Origin: an uncultured delta proteobacterium
GTDB lineage: Bacteria; Desulfobacterota; Syntrophobacteria; BM002
DNA: 64,000 nt
Direction: 5' to 3'
Assembly: GCA_963712115.1 (NCBI GenBank)
Contig: CAVQGX010000033.1
Coordinates: forward strand, 96,001-160,000
Part shown: positions 39,934-53,396 of the stretch, in pieces
Position numbering within the stretch: position 1 is the stretch's first letter
Layout: every line of letters starts with the position of its first letter
Position numbers and translations under genes: made by a program
Notes under the pieces: model-generated
Seen by the model: the letters and a program-made list of their open reading frames with translations, nothing else
Told to the model about the DNA's origin: nothing
Database searches by the model: none

Positions 39934-39962
39934 AAAATGCCTAAAGTGCCTAAAATGCTTAA
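39934..39962. repeat. 9-mer array (AAATGCCTA-like) x3
   Basis: AAAATGCCT AAAGTGCCT AAAATGCTT between rplV and rpsC. Confidence 0.6.
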
Positions 39963-39977
39963 TAGGTTTAAAAAAGC

Positions 39978-40310
39978 TTAGGCTTCATCCAATATTATGG
40001 TTATGTGACTAGAGCGCTTGAGAATCCTGGTTGCCCGTCCCATTGCTCGTGCCCGCCAACGTTTCATAGTGGGACCTTCATCTATAAAAATTCGTTTGAT
40101 GTAAAGCGTGTCCACATCGATACTAGGATTCTGCTCAGCGTTGGCCACAGCTGACCGTAAAGTTTTGCTCACCAGACGTGCTCCCTTTTTGGGAAGAAAT
40201 TTGAGAATATTCAGTGCCTCCTCAACTGGCTTCCCCTTAACAAGGTCGGTGACCAATCGCGCCTTGTTTGGCGAGATTCTTACATATCTAGTTACTGCCT
40301 TCACTTCCAT
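39978..40310 (-). CDS. rplV: 50S ribosomal protein L22
   Basis: [22 protein letters not shown]. Confidence 0.98.
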   Translation of the reverse strand: MEVKAVTRYVRISPNKARLVTDLVKGKPVEEALNILKFLPKKGARLVSKTLRSAVANAEQNPSIDVDTLYIKRIFIDEGPTMKRWRARAMGRATRILKRSSHITIILDEA

Positions 40311-40444
40311 GGTATCTCTCGGAGCTCCCGCAACTTAGCCGCGGTGAAAATGATTTTGGTAAGCCCTAACCTCTTCTATCTCCCCGGAACAATGCAATAT
40401 TAGAATGACGGAATAGTGGCTACCACTATTTCGGTATTCCAGCC

Positions 40445-40732
40445 CTATTTCTTGCTTCGCAAACGGCTCTTTTTGTCGCCCGCGTGTCCGTAAAAAGTCC
40501 TCGTGGGAGCAAACTCACCTAGCTTATGACCCACCATGTTTTCGGTGACAAACACTGGGATGAACTTCTTGCCATTATGCACCGCCATGGTCAAACCTAC
40601 AAATTCAGGAATAATGGTGGAGCGACGCGACCAGGTCTTAATCATTCGGTGATCCCGGCTCTCCTGAGACCGGACTACCTTTCTCATCAAACCATCATCA
40701 ACAAAAGGGCCTTTCTTTAAAGATCGCGGCAC
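40445..40732 (-). CDS. rpsS: 30S ribosomal protein S19
   Basis: [21 protein letters not shown]. Confidence 0.98.
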   Translation of the reverse strand: MPRSLKKGPFVDDGLMRKVVRSQESRDHRMIKTWSRRSTIIPEFVGLTMAVHNGKKFIPVFVTENMVGHKLGEFAPTRTFYGHAGDKKSRLRSKK

Positions 40733-40756
40733 AATAGCCTCCTCACACTTAGCCCG

Positions 40757-41581
40757 TTATCTGGGGCGCCTTTTCACAATGAACTTGTCACCTGGCTTAG
40801 ATTTCCGAGTACGATACCCCTTGGTAGGCACTCCCCATGGGGTAACAGGGTGTCGACCTCCAGAACTCTTGCCTTCCCCGCCTCCGTGGGGATGATCCAC
40901 AGGGTTCATGGCCACTCCACGAACTTTGGATCTACGCCCAAGCCAGCGCGTGCGCCCCGCCTTGCCTATGCTTATGTTTTCGTGATCAATATTCCCTACT
41001 TGGCCGATTGTTGCCTTGCACTCCAGCAAAACTTTCCGCAGCTCGCCAGATGGAAGCTTCAGCAGTCCGTAGCGACCCTCTTTGGCCATAAGCTGCACCC
41101 CGGCCCCGGCGCTACGCGCCAGCTGGCCGCCCTTGCCAGCCCTCATCTCCACATTGTGGATAATAGTTCCCAGGGGGATCTTCTCCAGGGGTAAAGCATT
41201 GCCCGGTTTTATATCGGCCGACTCACTTGTAAGAACTGAATCACCAACCTGCATTCCTAAAGGTGCGAGAATGTAACGCTTCTCCCCATCCGCGTAGTGT
41301 AGAAGTGCTATCCTGGCAGACCTATTTGGATCGTATTCAATACTGGCGACCCTAGCAGGGATGTCAGCCTTGTCACGCTTGAAGTCAATGACCCGGTACC
41401 TGCGCTTATGTCCACCGCCACGACGGCGTACGGTAATGCGGCCATAGCTGTTGCGGCCACCGGACTTTTTTTGAGGTCGCACCAGGCTTTTCTCAGGCTT
41501 AGAACGGGTAATCTCCTCAAATGTGGAGTAAGTTTGAAACCGTCTCCCAGGTGATGTCGGTTTTACGGTCTTGATTGCCAT
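40757..41581 (-). CDS. rplB: 50S ribosomal protein L2
   Basis: [23 protein letters not shown]. Confidence 0.98.
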   Translation of the reverse strand: MAIKTVKPTSPGRRFQTYSTFEEITRSKPEKSLVRPQKKSGGRNSYGRITVRRRGGGHKRRYRVIDFKRDKADIPARVASIEYDPNRSARIALLHYADGEKRYILAPLGMQVGDSVLTSESADIKPGNALPLEKIPLGTIIHNVEMRAGKGGQLARSAGAGVQLMAKEGRYGLLKLPSGELRKVLLECKATIGQVGNIDHENISIGKAGRTRWLGRRSKVRGVAMNPVDHPHGGGEGKSSGGRHPVTPWGVPTKGYRTRKSKPGDKFIVKRRPR

Positions 41582-41595
41582 GAATTTCCTCTTTG

Positions 41596-41886
41596 CTACA
41601 CGCCTTCAAAAAACTCGATCTTTTGTCCAGGTTTCAATGTAACAATAGCTTTCTTCCAATGTCGCCTGCGGCCCATGTTACGGCCGAGACGTTTAATTTT
41701 CCCCTGATAGTTCTGGGTTCGCACATCTTCAACCTGGACCTTAAAAATCCTCTCCACAGCCTTCTTGATCTCTATCTTGTTGGCTCGACGATCCACCTCG
41801 AAGGCTAGCTGATTGTTCATTTCCTTCTGAATTGTACTTTTTTCAGTAATCAGCGGTCGTCGGATAATCTTGTAAGGTTCTTCCAT
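41596..41886 (-). CDS. rplW: 50S ribosomal protein L23
   Basis: [26 protein letters not shown]. Confidence 0.97.
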   Translation of the reverse strand: MEEPYKIIRRPLITEKSTIQKEMNNQLAFEVDRRANKIEIKKAVERIFKVQVEDVRTQNYQGKIKRLGRNMGRRRHWKKAIVTLKPGQKIEFFEGV

Positions 41887-41907
41887 AAATCACCTGTGGC
41901 CAAGCTT

Positions 41908-42071
41908 GCATAGGGCATGAAGTTGGAATATTTCGAATTGCGGATTGCGAATTTCGAAATTCCAAATTCGAAATCTACTCTATGCCCTATGCCCTATGCT
42001 AACTGGATTCTGACTCCTGACTTCTAACTCCTCTGTTTTTTCGCTCTGCGCTTGGCGCTATGCGCTATGCG
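41908..42071. repeat. Nested heptamer arrays between rplD and rplW
   Basis: Outer GCATAGG...CTATGCC arms enclose inner TTCGAAT/TGCGGAT...AATTCGA arms, followed by CTGACTC and GCGCTAT arrays; the last array overlaps the rplD stop. Confidence 0.85.
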
Positions 42072-42699
42072 TATCTTTCCCTAGCAGGGAAGCCTCTATC
42101 TTCGGCACTGCATCTTTGATCAGCAAGAGGTTCCGGTGTTTGATGATATCGTAAACATTAAGGCCCTCCGAGCACAGCACCTTGGTGTGTGGCACGTTAC
42201 GAGCCGATTTTTCCAAAAGATCATTGCGCTCTGGGGTCACCAGCAAAACGCTGTGCATCTCAAACACTTGCAGCAGATCCACAATAGCCTTCGTCTTTAT
42301 CTCCTCTAAATCAAAGCCATCCAAAACCACCATCTGATTTTCTTTGCACTTACTGGTCAAGGCAATCTTCAAAGCCTGCCTGCGAATCTTCTTGTTTACC
42401 TTGGGCGTGAAATCTCTCGGCTTAGGACCAAAGGTTACGCCGCCACCACGCCATATTGGAGAGCTCCTAGTACCCGCACGGGCCCGTCCCGTGCCCTTCT
42501 GCCGCCAAGGCTTGCGACCGCTGGCTCGCACCTCCGAGCGTCCTTTGGTTGAGGCAGTCCCCGATCTCCGCTTGGCCAGTTGCATTTTAACCACCTCGTG
42601 GACCAAGTGAGACTTAATGGGGACATTGAATATCTCGTCATTCAGTTCAATTTCGCCCACTTGCTCGTTCTTACTATTACAAACGGTCACTTTTGGCAT
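42058..42699 (-). CDS. rplD: 50S ribosomal protein L4
   Basis: [27 protein letters not shown]. Confidence 0.98.
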   Translation of the reverse strand: MPKVTVCNSKNEQVGEIELNDEIFNVPIKSHLVHEVVKMQLAKRRSGTASTKGRSEVRASGRKPWRQKGTGRARAGTRSSPIWRGGGVTFGPKPRDFTPKVNKKIRRQALKIALTSKCKENQMVVLDGFDLEEIKTKAIVDLLQVFEMHSVLLVTPERNDLLEKSARNVPHTKVLCSEGLNVYDIIKHRNLLLIKDAVPKIEASLLGKDTHSA

Positions 42700-42773
42700 G
42701 ACCAGCCTCTTTCCTTCTAGTCTTGTTCGTTGCTATCGACTTCTTGCCTAGCCCGCATATTTCACCAAAGGGA

Positions 42774-43403
42774 CTAAAATTTACCGCTCTTTATAATTAG
42801 AACCACTCCGTTTCGTGCGCCAGGAACGGCACCCTTGACCAAGATGATATTTTCCTCTGGTCTAACGTCCACTATCTTTAACCCCTTGACGGTAACCCTC
42901 CGATTACCCATCTGGCCTGGCATTTTTCGTCCTTTGATCACCCGAGAGGGGGAAGCACTGCAGCCAATGGATCCCGGTGGACGTTTGTTCATGCCCCCGT
43001 GGCTCATTGGTCCCCGAGAAAAATTCCAGCGCTTGATTGTGCCGGCAAAGCCTTTGCCCTTGCTCTTGCCTATGACATGGACCAACTCGCCTACCTGAAA
43101 GATGTCCGCGCTGATCTCTTGCCCAAGCTCGAAGTCCTCCACCTCATCCACTTTCACCTCTTTGATGGCTTTAAAAGGGCCTTTGCCGCATCTCTTGAAG
43201 TGGCCAAGCAGTGGTTTTGTGGTGCCCCGGGGCTTCTTCTCTCCAAAGGCCAATTGCAGTGCGTTGTAACCATCGTTGTCGACGCTCTTAATCTGAGTGA
43301 TGGTGCATGGTCCAACCTGGATAACCGTAACCGGTGTAGCCTCACCATCTGGAGAGAACAACTGGGACATTCCCAATTTCTTGCCAATCAGCGTACTAAC
43401 CAT
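42774..43403 (-). CDS. rplC: 50S ribosomal protein L3
   Basis: GKKLGMSQ, KGKGFAG, KGAVPG. Confidence 0.98.
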   Translation of the reverse strand: MVSTLIGKKLGMSQLFSPDGEATPVTVIQVGPCTITQIKSVDNDGYNALQLAFGEKKPRGTTKPLLGHFKRCGKGPFKAIKEVKVDEVEDFELGQEISADIFQVGELVHVIGKSKGKGFAGTIKRWNFSRGPMSHGGMNKRPPGSIGCSASPSRVIKGRKMPGQMGNRRVTVKGLKIVDVRPEENIILVKGAVPGARNGVVLIIKSGKF

Positions 43404-43449
43404 TTTTAATCACTTTCACGCCATGCGCTCTGCGCTTTTCGCTGTGCGA

Positions 43450-43758
43450 TTAAAGCTTTATCTCAACATCCACCCCTGCCGAAAGATCGAGCTTCATCAG
43501 AGCATCAACCGTCTGCTGCGTCGGCTCGACTATATCCAACAACCTCTTATGGGTGCGGATCTCAAATTGCTCCCTAGATTTTTTGTCCACATGGGGAGAA
43601 CGGAGTACGCAGAATTTTCTTATTTTGGTGGGCAGAGGTATGGGCCCCGCCACCTTGGCACCAGTCCGCCTTGCAGTCTCCACGATCTCGTTGGTGGATT
43701 GATCCAGCAGCTTGTGGTCATATGCTTTCAATCGTATACGGATCTTTTGATTAGCCAT
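43450..43758 (-). CDS. rpsJ: 30S ribosomal protein S10
   Basis: [28 protein letters not shown]. Confidence 0.98.
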   Translation of the reverse strand: MANQKIRIRLKAYDHKLLDQSTNEIVETARRTGAKVAGPIPLPTKIRKFCVLRSPHVDKKSREQFEIRTHKRLLDIVEPTQQTVDALMKLDLSAGVDVEIKL

Positions 43759-43783
43759 AACTACTCCGTCCTCAAATGAAGAC

Positions 43784-43843
43784 AATTGCGAATTCAGGGA
43801 TTTCCAATTCCCTTATTCCTCAATTCCCCAATTCCTTAATTCT
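43784..43843. repeat. Octamer array (CAATTCCY-like) x5 with a short inverted arm
   Basis: CAATTCCC TTATTCCT CAATTCCC CAATTCCT TAATTCTT; abuts the tuf stop. Confidence 0.75.
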
Positions 43844-45037
43844 TCACTCGACAATATCACTGATGACACCAGCGCCCACCGTGCGACCTCCCTCGCGAAT
43901 GGCAAAGCGTAACTCCTTCTCCATCGCTATCGGGGTGATCAACTCTACGGTCATCGACACGTTGTCACCTGGCATCACCATCTCTATACCCTCGGGCAAC
44001 GTCACCACGCCCGTAACATCTGTGGTGCGAAAATAAAACTGCGGCCTGTAACCATTGAAAAACGGCGTGTGACGACCACCCTCCTCCTTCTTCAATATAT
44101 AAGCCTCAGCCTTAAACTTCCGGTGCGGATTAATCGAACCAGGCTTGGCTACCACCTGACCACGCTCAACATCATCTCGCTTCACCCCACGCAACAACAC
44201 CCCTATGTTGTCACCTGCCTGACCCTCATCCAAGGTCTTGCGAAACATCTCCACACCCGTACAAACCGTCTTGTGCGTCGGCCTAATCCCTACTATCTCT
44301 ACCTCATCTCCAACCTTGATCAAACCACGCTCTAAACGACCCGTCACCACCGTGCCTCGACCAGAAATGCTAAATACATCCTCAATCGGCATCAAAAACG
44401 GCTTGTCTACATCTCGCATAGGCTCAGGGATGTAACTGTCCACCGCTTCCATTAACTCAAATATGCACTTAGCCTCATCACTCTCAGCATCGTCACTCTC
44501 CAAAGCCTTCAACGCACTGCCCTGAACGATCGGTATGTCGTCTCCAGGAAACTCATACTTCGACAATAACTCCCGTAACTCCAACTCAACTAACTCTATC
44601 AACTCCTCATCATCCACCATGTCTACCTTGTTCAAAAATACCACTATGTACGGCACACCAACCTGACGGGCTAAAAGTATGTGCTCACGGGTCTGAGGCA
44701 TCGGACCATCATCAGCTCCAACCACCAATATCGCTCCGTCCATCTGCGCCGCACCCGTAATCATGTTCTTGATATAGTCCGCATGACCAGGACAATCCAC
44801 ATGGGCATAATGCCGCTTGCCCGTCTCATACTCCACATGCGCCGTCGCTATGGTGATCCCACGCTCCCTCTCCTCCGGCGCCTTGTCTATCTCGTCAAAG
44901 GAAACATACTCCGCCATGCCCTTCTTCGATAAATGCTTAGTTATCGCCGCCGTCAATGTCGTCTTACCATGATCTATGTGACCTATTGTTCCTACGTTTA
45001 TATGCGGCTTCGTCCTCTCAAACTTCTTCTTCGCCAT
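43844..45037 (-). CDS. tuf: Elongation factor Tu (str-operon copy)
   Basis: [21 protein letters not shown]; protein identical to the copy at 62021-63214. Confidence 0.99.
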   Translation of the reverse strand: MAKKKFERTKPHINVGTIGHIDHGKTTLTAAITKHLSKKGMAEYVSFDEIDKAPEERERGITIATAHVEYETGKRHYAHVDCPGHADYIKNMITGAAQMDGAILVVGADDGPMPQTREHILLARQVGVPYIVVFLNKVDMVDDEELIELVELELRELLSKYEFPGDDIPIVQGSALKALESDDAESDEAKCIFELMEAVDSYIPEPMRDVDKPFLMPIEDVFSISGRGTVVTGRLERGLIKVGDEVEIVGIRPTHKTVCTGVEMFRKTLDEGQAGDNIGVLLRGVKRDDVERGQVVAKPGSINPHRKFKAEAYILKKEEGGRHTPFFNGYRPQFYFRTTDVTGVVTLPEGIEMVMPGDNVSMTVELITPIAMEKELRFAIREGGRTVGAGVISDIVE

Positions 45038-45142
45038 GGCGGTTCCTCCTTGGACTTTTTATTCCCTTCTTCTTAAGCGATCACCGGGGAGTTTATCTTG
45101 TCGCCCCGATAACCACGAACACCTGATTCTCCTCTTGACGCT

Positions 45143-47218
45143 TTAGCCGGTAGCCGCGGCCTTCACCTCCTCTGAGATGGAAAACGGTACCGGATTATAA
45201 TGAGAAAACTGCATATGAAATGTGGCCCGCCCCTGGGTGGCTGAGCGCAAATCCGTAGCATAGCCAAACATTTGTGCCAAAGGAACGCGAGATTCAATCA
45301 CCTGTACATTGGCACGAGTTTCCATTTGTGAGATTCGGCCTCGGCGAGAGTTAAAGTCTCCAACCACCTCGCCAATGTACTCTTCTGGCACCACAACTTC
45401 TACGGTCATGATCGGCTCCAGCAAGATTGGTGCTCCATCCTTGACACCTGATTTAACTGCCATCGATCCAGCTATGGTGAAGGCGATATCTGAGGAGTCC
45501 ACCTCATGATAGGAGCCGTCCACCAGGGTGACCCGAATATCCACTACAGGATAGCCAGCGAGAACCCCTTGCTCTAAAGCCTCTTTTACCCCTCGTCCCA
45601 CAGAGTTAATGTATTCTTTGGGGACCACTCCGCCTACAATGCGGTCTACAAACTCAAAGCCAGCTCCGCGTTCGTTGGGCTCCAGCTCTAACCAGACGTG
45701 ACCATACTGCCCACGACCGCCACTTTGTCTGACAAAACGACCTTCGGCCCGCACTTTCCGAGTTATAGTTTCGCGATAAGCTACTTGAGGTTTACCCACG
45801 TTGGCATTAACCTTGAACTCCCTCAGAAGCCGGTCCACTATTATCTCAAGGTGGAGTTCCCCCATGCCTGATATGATGGTCTCACCGGTTTCTTGCTCCA
45901 CCTTCACTACAAAGGTGGGATCCTCGGCAGCAACTTTGGCCAGACTCGCCCCAAGTCTTTCTTGATCCTCTTTGCTTTTGGGTTCAATCGCTATAGAGAT
46001 CACAGGTGCTGGGATATCCATAGCTTCAAGCACGATGGGCCGGGCCGGATCGCAAAGAGTATCCCCAGTGGCGCTATTGCGCAACCCCAAAGCTGCCACA
46101 ATATCACCGGCATAGACTTCCTTGATCTCTTCCCTTTTATTGGCATGCATTTTCAGCAGCCGACCTATCTTTTCCCGCACACTCTTGGTCGAATTCAGCA
46201 CTTGGGCTCCGCTAGTGAGGCCGCCGGAGTAAATGCGAAGAAAAGTAAGATGTCCCACATAGGGATCATTCATCAGCTTGAAGGCCAATGCTGCAAAAGG
46301 TGCTTTATCATCGGCTGCGCGCATCTCCTCTTCGCCCTGAGGTGTGATGCCTGAGATTGCCTCAACATCCTTGGGCGAGGGAAGGTACTTGACGATACCA
46401 TCCAAAAGTAATTGCACACCTTTATTTTTGAAGGCTGCTCCGCAAAACACCGGCACTAACTTTAATTGGAGGGTACCACTGCGTAGCGCTGCCCCGATCT
46501 CTTGGTTACTTATCTCGTGACCATCCAGGTATTTCTCCAGGATGTTTTCATCAACGTCGGCTATTGCTTCCACCAGTTTATGCCGAAACTCCTCCGCTTC
46601 ATCCCTTAGCTCATCCTCAATTTCAACCACCTGGTAAGCGGCCCCGAGAGTGCTTTCCTCCCAAACCACCGCCTTCATCTCTACCAAGTCTATGATCCCC
46701 CTGAAGTCTTGCTCTTTGCCAAGGGGAATTTGCACTGCTACGGGAGATGCTCCCAATCTGCTTCGCATCATGGCCAGGCAGCGGTCAAAATCTGCTCCCA
46801 TCCGGTCCATTTTGTTGATAAAAGCAATGCGTGGCACGCGATAGCGATCAGCCTGGCGCCAAACTGTCTCGGACTGAGGTTCCACTCCTCCCACAGCACA
46901 GAAGATGGCCACAGCCCCATCCAGAACCCGCAGTGATCGCTCCACCTCGATGGTAAAATCCACATGCCCGGGGGTGTCTATAATATTGATGCGGTGATCA
47001 TTCCAAAAACAGGTGGTGGCAGCGCTGGTGATGGTAATCCCCCGCTCCTGCTCCTGCTCCATCCAGTCCATCACCGCCGTTCCCTCATGGACCTCCCCCA
47101 TTTTGTAAGAGACCCCAGTGTAATATAATATGCGCTCGGTGGTCGTCGTCTTCCCCGCATCAATGTGGGCCATGATGCCGATGTTACGAACTTTTTCTAA
47201 TGAAATCTGCCGAGCCAT
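45143..47218 (-). CDS. fusA: Elongation factor G
   Basis: [34 protein letters not shown]. Confidence 0.99.
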   Translation of the reverse strand: MARQISLEKVRNIGIMAHIDAGKTTTTERILYYTGVSYKMGEVHEGTAVMDWMEQEQERGITITSAATTCFWNDHRINIIDTPGHVDFTIEVERSLRVLDGAVAIFCAVGGVEPQSETVWRQADRYRVPRIAFINKMDRMGADFDRCLAMMRSRLGASPVAVQIPLGKEQDFRGIIDLVEMKAVVWEESTLGAAYQVVEIEDELRDEAEEFRHKLVEAIADVDENILEKYLDGHEISNQEIGAALRSGTLQLKLVPVFCGAAFKNKGVQLLLDGIVKYLPSPKDVEAISGITPQGEEEMRAADDKAPFAALAFKLMNDPYVGHLTFLRIYSGGLTSGAQVLNSTKSVREKIGRLLKMHANKREEIKEVYAGDIVAALGLRNSATGDTLCDPARPIVLEAMDIPAPVISIAIEPKSKEDQERLGASLAKVAAEDPTFVVKVEQETGETIISGMGELHLEIIVDRLLREFKVNANVGKPQVAYRETITRKVRAEGRFVRQSGGRGQYGHVWLELEPNERGAGFEFVDRIVGGVVPKEYINSVGRGVKEALEQGVLAGYPVVDIRVTLVDGSYHEVDSSDIAFTIAGSMAVKSGVKDGAPILLEPIMTVEVVVPEEYIGEVVGDFNSRRGRISQMETRANVQVIESRVPLAQMFGYATDLRSATQGRATFHMQFSHYNPVPFSISEEVKAAATG

Positions 47219-47234
47219 TCAACACCTGATGTTC

Positions 47235-47386
47235 AAATCCGAATATCGAAATTCGAAACAAATTCAAATTTCCAAAATCCAAATGTTCAAAACTTTTAGT
47301 TTCAAGACTCAGTTTCCCTTGTTTTGAGCCTTGGAAAATTTGAATTTTGGATTTGTTTCGTGCTTCGTGCTTAGGATTTCGAATTT
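47235..47386. repeat. Palindromic AT-rich element, family A copy 2
   Basis: AAATCCGAATATCGAAATTCGAAACAAATT...GATTTGTTTCGTGCTTCGTGCTTAGGATTTCGAATTT. Confidence 0.85.
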
Positions 47387-47460
47387 GAGCCTTCCGTTAT
47401 GTTTCCTTCGTTAGTTGCCCATACAGCCTGGCCTACCGATTCGGCAACCAGTGCCGGTGT

Positions 47461-47955
<495 letters not shown>

Positions 47956-47976
47956 CTAACCCCTCTCAACCTCTCC

Positions 47977-48172
47977 TAGCCCGCAGATTTCATGAATTGC
48001 TGTTGGCGAGACCTCGAAGATGGCCGTGCCACCGGGCAACCGTCCCGCGGTTCCGCGGGATTGGTCCCGAGGCGTACCTGATTGGTACGTCGCAGGGGCC
48101 GACTCCCGAGGACGCCGGGGAGGACGGCCATATCCGTGGTCGCAGCAGGTGATTCATGAAATCTCCGGGCTC
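47977..48172 (+). mobile_element. MITE-like structured element, copy 3 (between rpsL and rpsG)
   Basis: TAGCCCGCAGATTTCATGAAT ... ATTCATGAAATCTCCGGGCT; internal sequence closely matches copy 2. Confidence 0.85.
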
Positions 48173-48260
48173 TCGACCAGGAGACTTTGTGGGCTGCTAC
48201 ATGAGATGGGCCACGGCTATATGCCCATGGCCCATGCTATGGTGACCTCTCACCTACTGG

Positions 48261-48632
48261 TTACTTGGGTTTCTTTGCTCCGTACTTAGAACGACCTTGG
48301 CGTCGATCTTGAACCCCAGTGGCGTCTAGCGTACCTCGGATGATATGGTAACGAACTCCTGGTAGGTCCTTTACCCGGCCACCTCGTATCAGAACCACCG
48401 AGTGCTCCTGAAGATTGTGGCCTACACCTGGAATATAGGAAGTTACTTCAATACCATTGGTTAATCGCACCCTAGCGATCTTGCGGAGCGCTGAATTGGG
48501 TTTCTTTGGGGTTGTGGTGTAAACTCGCACACACACGCCACGCTTCTGTGGACACCCCTGCAGAGCCGGTGTGCTCTTTTTCTGCCTAACCCGAGTTCTT
48601 CCCTTTCGAACCAATTGATTGATCGTGGGCAT
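48261..48632 (-). CDS. rpsL: 30S ribosomal protein S12
   Basis: [22 protein letters not shown]. Confidence 0.99.
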   Translation of the reverse strand: MPTINQLVRKGRTRVRQKKSTPALQGCPQKRGVCVRVYTTTPKKPNSALRKIARVRLTNGIEVTSYIPGVGHNLQEHSVVLIRGGRVKDLPGVRYHIIRGTLDATGVQDRRQGRSKYGAKKPK

Positions 48633-48704
48633 AATACCTAAGTCTCACTTACTGATAAATTACATTCCTGTGAAGCCGATAACCATCGGCACCAAAACCC
48701 TGCA

Positions 48705-48733
48705 AGATTACTTATCCATTTGCAATTTGTCAA
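48705..48733 (-). promoter_or_regulatory. Sigma70-type promoter of the str operon
   Basis: TTGACA-N17-TAATCT on the minus strand, upstream of rpsL. Confidence 0.7.
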
Positions 48734-48969
48734 GACCTTTTTATGCAGGAGTTTCCCTAAGAATATTTCTGTTACGCAGGCGACGGGAAAGCTACTCCAC
48801 AACGACCATATTCGCGTCATTTATTGGCAGAGTCCCTGTTGAGGAAGCACCACATCTTCATGCAACCCCCTTCAAGGCTGAGATTCGTAAAGATCGGTTG
48901 CTCAGATGCTCGTTGTTTCGCAGCTTCCCCTTTTGGCCTTTGCTGCTGACTGCTTACCGCTCACTCTTA

Positions 48970-51900
48970 TTAAGATCCTGCCGCTTCCTCCTGTCCGCCC
49001 GACAGCAATTCCCTATATTTTTTAAGGCCTGATCCGGCAGGAATCAGCCTTCCCATGATCACGTTCTCTTTGAGGCCTCGCAAAAAGTCCACCCTGCCGG
49101 CCACTGCCGCGTCAGTGAGCACCTTGGTAGTCTCTTGAAATGAGGCAGCCGAGATAAAGCTCTCAGTGCTCAAGGATGCCTTAGTGATTCCAAGGAGGAG
49201 AGGCTCGCCCACTGCGGGCTTATTGCCTTCCTCCAGCAATTTCTGGTTGGCTTCCTCGAAACGGTACTTTTCTACATGCTCACCCATGAGAAAATCTGAG
49301 TCCCCTGGGTCGGTAATTCTTACCCGCTTGAGCATTTGGCGAACAATTACCTCGATGTGTTTGTCGTTAATCTTGACCCCCTGCAGCCGGTATACCTGTT
49401 GGACCTCGTCCACCAGATACTTGGCCAATTCCTTTTCACCCAAAATATTGAGAATGTCATGGGGGTTTGCAGCGCCATCCATGAGGGCCTCACCCGCTCG
49501 TACCAGGTCACCCTCATGGACACTGATGTGCTTGCCCTTGGGGATCAAGTATTCCTTGTTATCTCCAATCTCAGGGGTAATAACCACTTTGCGCTTGCCC
49601 TTGGTGTCCTTGCCGAAGGAGACCACACCGCCGATCTCACTGATCACCGCTTGCTCCTTTGGCTTGCGGACCTCAAAAAGCTCAGCCACCCTGGGCAGAC
49701 CACCAGTGATGTCTTTGGTCTTGGTGGTCTCCCGTGGGATCTTAGCCAAAACATCTCCGGCCGATACTTCGTCTCCCTCGGTAATCATAATAATCGCACC
49801 CAAGGGCATGAAGTAGCGCGCGACACTTTTACCTACCTTGGCCGTCTTACCAGCTTTGTCCTTGATGGAAACACGCGGCCTCACATCTGTTTCTCTGAAT
49901 TCCACTATCACTTTACTGGACTTACCAGTAACCGGGTCAACTTTCTCCTGCATGGTTACGCCCTCGACTATGTCGCCGAATTTCACCGTACCGGAGACCT
50001 CAGTGAGGATAGGAGTTGTGAAGGGATCCCACTCAGCAAGCAAGGTGCCCCCCTCCACCTCCTGGCCATCGGTAACTTTCAGTTTAGCGCCGTAAATAAT
50101 CTGGTAGCGTTCACGCTCGCGCCCCCCTTCGGCAACAATTGTAATTTCACCGTTGCGGTTCATCACCACCAGGTCCCCGTCCACGTTGCGAACCGTGTTG
50201 AGGTTGACATATTTCACAGTGCCCGGGAGGCGGTTGCTGACTGAAGTCTGCTCAATCCTTTTGCTGGCCGTTCCACCGATATGAAAAGTACGCATGGTGA
50301 GCTGGGTGCCGGGCTCACCAATGGACTGGGCGGCGATGATGCCGATTGCTTCACCAATCTCCACCATTCGGCCGTGGGCAAGATCGCGACCGTAGCACTT
50401 TATACAAGCTCCGCGCCTGCTCCGACATGTAAGGACCGATCGAATAGGGATCCGCTCCAGACCAGCCTCCTCAATCCTTACTACTGCTTGCTCGTCGATC
50501 TCCTCGTTGGCCTCGACCAAGACTTCGTCGGTGATGGGATCTTTTATGTCTTCCAGGACCACGCGACCCAAAATACGTTCGCTCAACCGCTGGATAATCT
50601 CACCTGCCTCTGTAAGTGCTTCCACCCAGATGCCGTCGATGGTGCCACAGTCTTCCTCGTTGACGATGGAGTCCTGGGCCACATCAACCAATCTTCGGGT
50701 CAGATAGCCGGAGTTGGCAGTCTTCAAAGCTGTATCTGCCAACCCTTTTCTAGCTCCGTGGGTGGAAACGAAGTACTGTAAAACAGTGAGACCTTCGCGG
50801 AAGTTTGCGGTAATGGGGGTTTCGATAATCTCACCCGATGGCTTTGCCATGAGGCCACGCATGCCAGAGAGCTGGCGCATCTGGTCTTTGCTACCCCTAG
50901 ATCCCGAGTCGGCCATCATGAAGATGGGATTGAAAGACGGCATCACCTCAGCCTCCCCTTCAGGGCCGACCAGATTCTCCGTAGCAATTTCGTGCATCAT
51001 CTCCCCGGCAATGTCCTCGGTGGCCTTGGCCCAAATGTCTACCACCTTATTGTACTTCTCACCGTCGGTTATGAGACCTTCGTTATACTGCCTTTCGATC
51101 TCACGGATGTTTTCTGTGGCCTTCTGAATAATGCTTTGTTTTTCCGATGGTATAACCATGTCGGAAACAGCAATGGAAACACCCGACTGAGTAGCAAATT
51201 TGTAGCCTATGTCTTTGATACGGTCGGCCAGAATCACTGTCCTTTTTACCCCGGCCGTACGGTAGCTATGATCGAAAAGCTCGGCCAAAGCCCGCTTGTT
51301 CATAACCTTATTAATTAGCTCGAAAGGAAGCTCGTCTGGCACGATTTCAGAAAGCAATACCCTGCCAGTAGTGGTGTCTACCCGAGTACCGTTCATGCGG
51401 ACCGAGATCCGGGCATGGAGATCCAACTCTCCCGCATCAAAGGCGCAACGCACTTCGTCGGCATTGGCAAAGACCTTTTTATCGCCTTTGGCAAAGGGTT
51501 TTTCTCTTGTCATGTAATAGATGCCGAGCACAATGTCCTGACTAGGCACAATAATGGGCTCTCCATGGGCCGGGCTTAAGATGTTGTTAGTGCTCATCAT
51601 CAGTACCCGCGCCTCTATCTGAGCTTCAATGGAAAGTGGTATATGCACGGCCATCTGATCCCCGTCGAAATCGGCATTGAAGGCAGCACAAACCAGGGGA
51701 TGGATCTGAATAGCCTTGCCTTCTATCAGTATGGGTTCGAAGGCCTGGATACCCAGCCGATGCAGGGTTGGGGCGCGATTCAGCATTACGGGGTATTCTT
51801 TGACCACCTCATCCAGACAGTCCCAAACCTCGGGAGTTTCCTTCTCAACCATCTTCTTGGCGCTCTTGATAGTGGTGACATAGCCGCGCTCTTCCAGTTT

Positions 51901-53049
51901 GTTGTAAATGAACGGTTTGAAAAGTTCTAGGGCCATTTTCTTGGGAATGCCACACTGGTGGAGGCGCAAATCGGGACCGATTACAATAACAGAACGCCCA
52001 GAGTAGTCCACTCGCTTACCTAGGAGATTCTGGCGAAATCTTCCCTGCTTGCCTTTAAGCATGTCAGAAAGCGACTTCAGTGGTCTTTTGTTTGGACCAG
52101 TAATGGTCTTGCCTCGTCGGCCGTTGTCGAACAAAACATCCACGGCTTCCTGCAGCATTCGCTTCTCATTGCGGATAATGATCTCGGGCGCGTTTAACTC
52201 CTGCAAGCGCCGCAGGCGGTTGTTACGATTAATGACCCTGCGGTAGAGGTCGTTAAGGTCACTGGTAGCAAAGCGCCCACCATCAAGAGGGACGAGGGGA
52301 CGCAAATCGGGAGGCAGCACCGGGATAACCTCGAGGACCATCCACTCCGGCTGATTTCCCGAATCCCTGAATGCGTTTACCACCTTGAGTCGTTTGGCCA
52401 ACTTCTTCCGTTTGGCAACAGAGTTGGTTTTACTGATCTCCTGCCGCAGTTCATCGGCAAGCTCTTCCAGGTTTATATCCGCCAAAAGTTCCTTTACGGC
52501 TTCGGCACCGATTCCCACCCTGAAACTAGTACCGTATTGTTCACGCAATTGCCGATACCGCTCTTCACTCAGCAACTCGTTCTTATTCAGGGGTGTGTCC
52601 CCTATATCGATTACAATGTAACTGTCGAAATAAAGTACCTTTTCCAGTTCTTTTAGGGTTAGGTCCAACAGATTGCCCACCTTGCTCGGTAAACTCTTGA
52701 GAAACCATATATGGGCAACAGGCGCTGCCAACTCAATGTGGCCCATGCGTTCTCGCCGCACCTTGGATTGAATTACCTCGACACCACACTTTTCGCAGAC
52801 CACCCCACGATGTTTCATCCGTTTGTACTTGCCACAATTACACTCATAGTCCTTTGTTGGCCCGAATATCTTGGCACAAAAAAGTCCGTCGCGTTCGGGC
52901 TTGAAAGTCCGATAATTGATAGTCTCTGGTTTCTTGATCTCTCCGTATGACCATTCCCTGATTTTCTCCGGCGAGGCCAAGGAGATACGAACAGCATTAA
53001 AGCTCAAAGGATCTTTGGGACGAACGAAAAGGTTGTACAGCTCTTTCAC
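48970..53049 (-). CDS. rpoC: RNA polymerase beta' subunit
   Basis: [31 protein letters not shown]. Confidence 0.99.
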   Translation of the reverse strand: MKELYNLFVRPKDPLSFNAVRISLASPEKIREWSYGEIKKPETINYRTFKPERDGLFCAKIFGPTKDYECNCGKYKRMKHRGVVCEKCGVEVIQSKVRRERMGHIELAAPVAHIWFLKSLPSKVGNLLDLTLKELEKVLYFDSYIVIDIGDTPLNKNELLSEERYRQLREQYGTSFRVGIGAEAVKELLADINLEELADELRQEISKTNSVAKRKKLAKRLKVVNAFRDSGNQPEWMVLEVIPVLPPDLRPLVPLDGGRFATSDLNDLYRRVINRNNRLRRLQELNAPEIIIRNEKRMLQEAVDVLFDNGRRGKTITGPNKRPLKSLSDMLKGKQGRFRQNLLGKRVDYSGRSVIVIGPDLRLHQCGIPKKMALELFKPFIYNKLEERGYVTTIKSAKKMVEKETPEVWDCLDEVVKEYPVMLNRAPTLHRLGIQAFEPILIEGKAIQIHPLVCAAFNADFDGDQMAVHIPLSIEAQIEARVLMMSTNNILSPAHGEPIIVPSQDIVLGIYYMTREKPFAKGDKKVFANADEVRCAFDAGELDLHARISVRMNGTRVDTTTGRVLLSEIVPDELPFELINKVMNKRALAELFDHSYRTAGVKRTVILADRIKDIGYKFATQSGVSIAVSDMVIPSEKQSIIQKATENIREIERQYNEGLITDGEKYNKVVDIWAKATEDIAGEMMHEIATENLVGPEGEAEVMPSFNPIFMMADSGSRGSKDQMRQLSGMRGLMAKPSGEIIETPITANFREGLTVLQYFVSTHGARKGLADTALKTANSGYLTRRLVDVAQDSIVNEEDCGTIDGIWVEALTEAGEIIQRLSERILGRVVLEDIKDPITDEVLVEANEEIDEQAVVRIEEAGLERIPIRSVLTCRSRRGACIKCYGRDLAHGRMVEIGEAIGIIAAQSIGEPGTQLTMRTFHIGGTASKRIEQTSVSNRLPGTVKYVNLNTVRNVDGDLVVMNRNGEITIVAEGGRERERYQIIYGAKLKVTDGQEVEGGTLLAEWDPFTTPILTEVSGTVKFGDIVEGVTMQEKVDPVTGKSSKVIVEFRETDVRPRVSIKDKAGKTAKVGKSVARYFMPLGAIIMITEGDEVSAGDVLAKIPRETTKTKDITGGLPRVAELFEVRKPKEQAVISEIGGVVSFGKDTKGKRKVVITPEIGDNKEYLIPKGKHISVHEGDLVRAGEALMDGAANPHDILNILGEKELAKYLVDEVQQVYRLQGVKINDKHIEVIVRQMLKRVRITDPGDSDFLMGEHVEKYRFEEANQKLLEEGNKPAVGEPLLLGITKASLSTESFISAASFQETTKVLTDAAVAGRVDFLRGLKENVIMGRLIPAGSGLKKYRELLSGGQEEAAGS

Positions 53050-53136
53050 TGCAACCTCCTTAAGGAGACCGCGCTCCTTATATTGTGGTTTTGCCCATCA
53101 AACCTGGGCACCGGATATTGAATCCAACCTATTTCT

Positions 53137-53332
53137 AAATCCGAAATCCAAATATCGAAATCCCAAACAAATTCCAATTCTCAAAATCCCAATGACCAAA
53201 ACTAAGAATCCAAGCGCTGAATCATGTTTGGTACATTTGAATTTACTATTTCGGATTTGTTTAGTGCTTCGTGCTTCGAAACCGGGGCCCCGCCCGTAGG
53301 GTGGGGAGTCCGGAGGACCAATTTCGAATTTC
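53137..53332. repeat. Palindromic AT-rich element, family A copy 3, with a nested GC-rich insert at 53281-53319
   Basis: Same arms as 47235-47386; the right arm is interrupted by ACCGGGGCCCCGCCCGTAGGGTGGGGAGTCCGGAGGACC. Confidence 0.85.
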
Positions 53333-53396
53333 AGATACCTCACTCGCCTTAACAAACTTTGTCTAGATGACGTTAAAATGATCTGCCTGATGTTGT

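Noticed and set aside
48633-48969. Small gene or ncRNA between rpoC and rpsL
   Set aside because: Only short ORFs without a recognisable product were found; nothing is supportable beyond the rpsL promoter.
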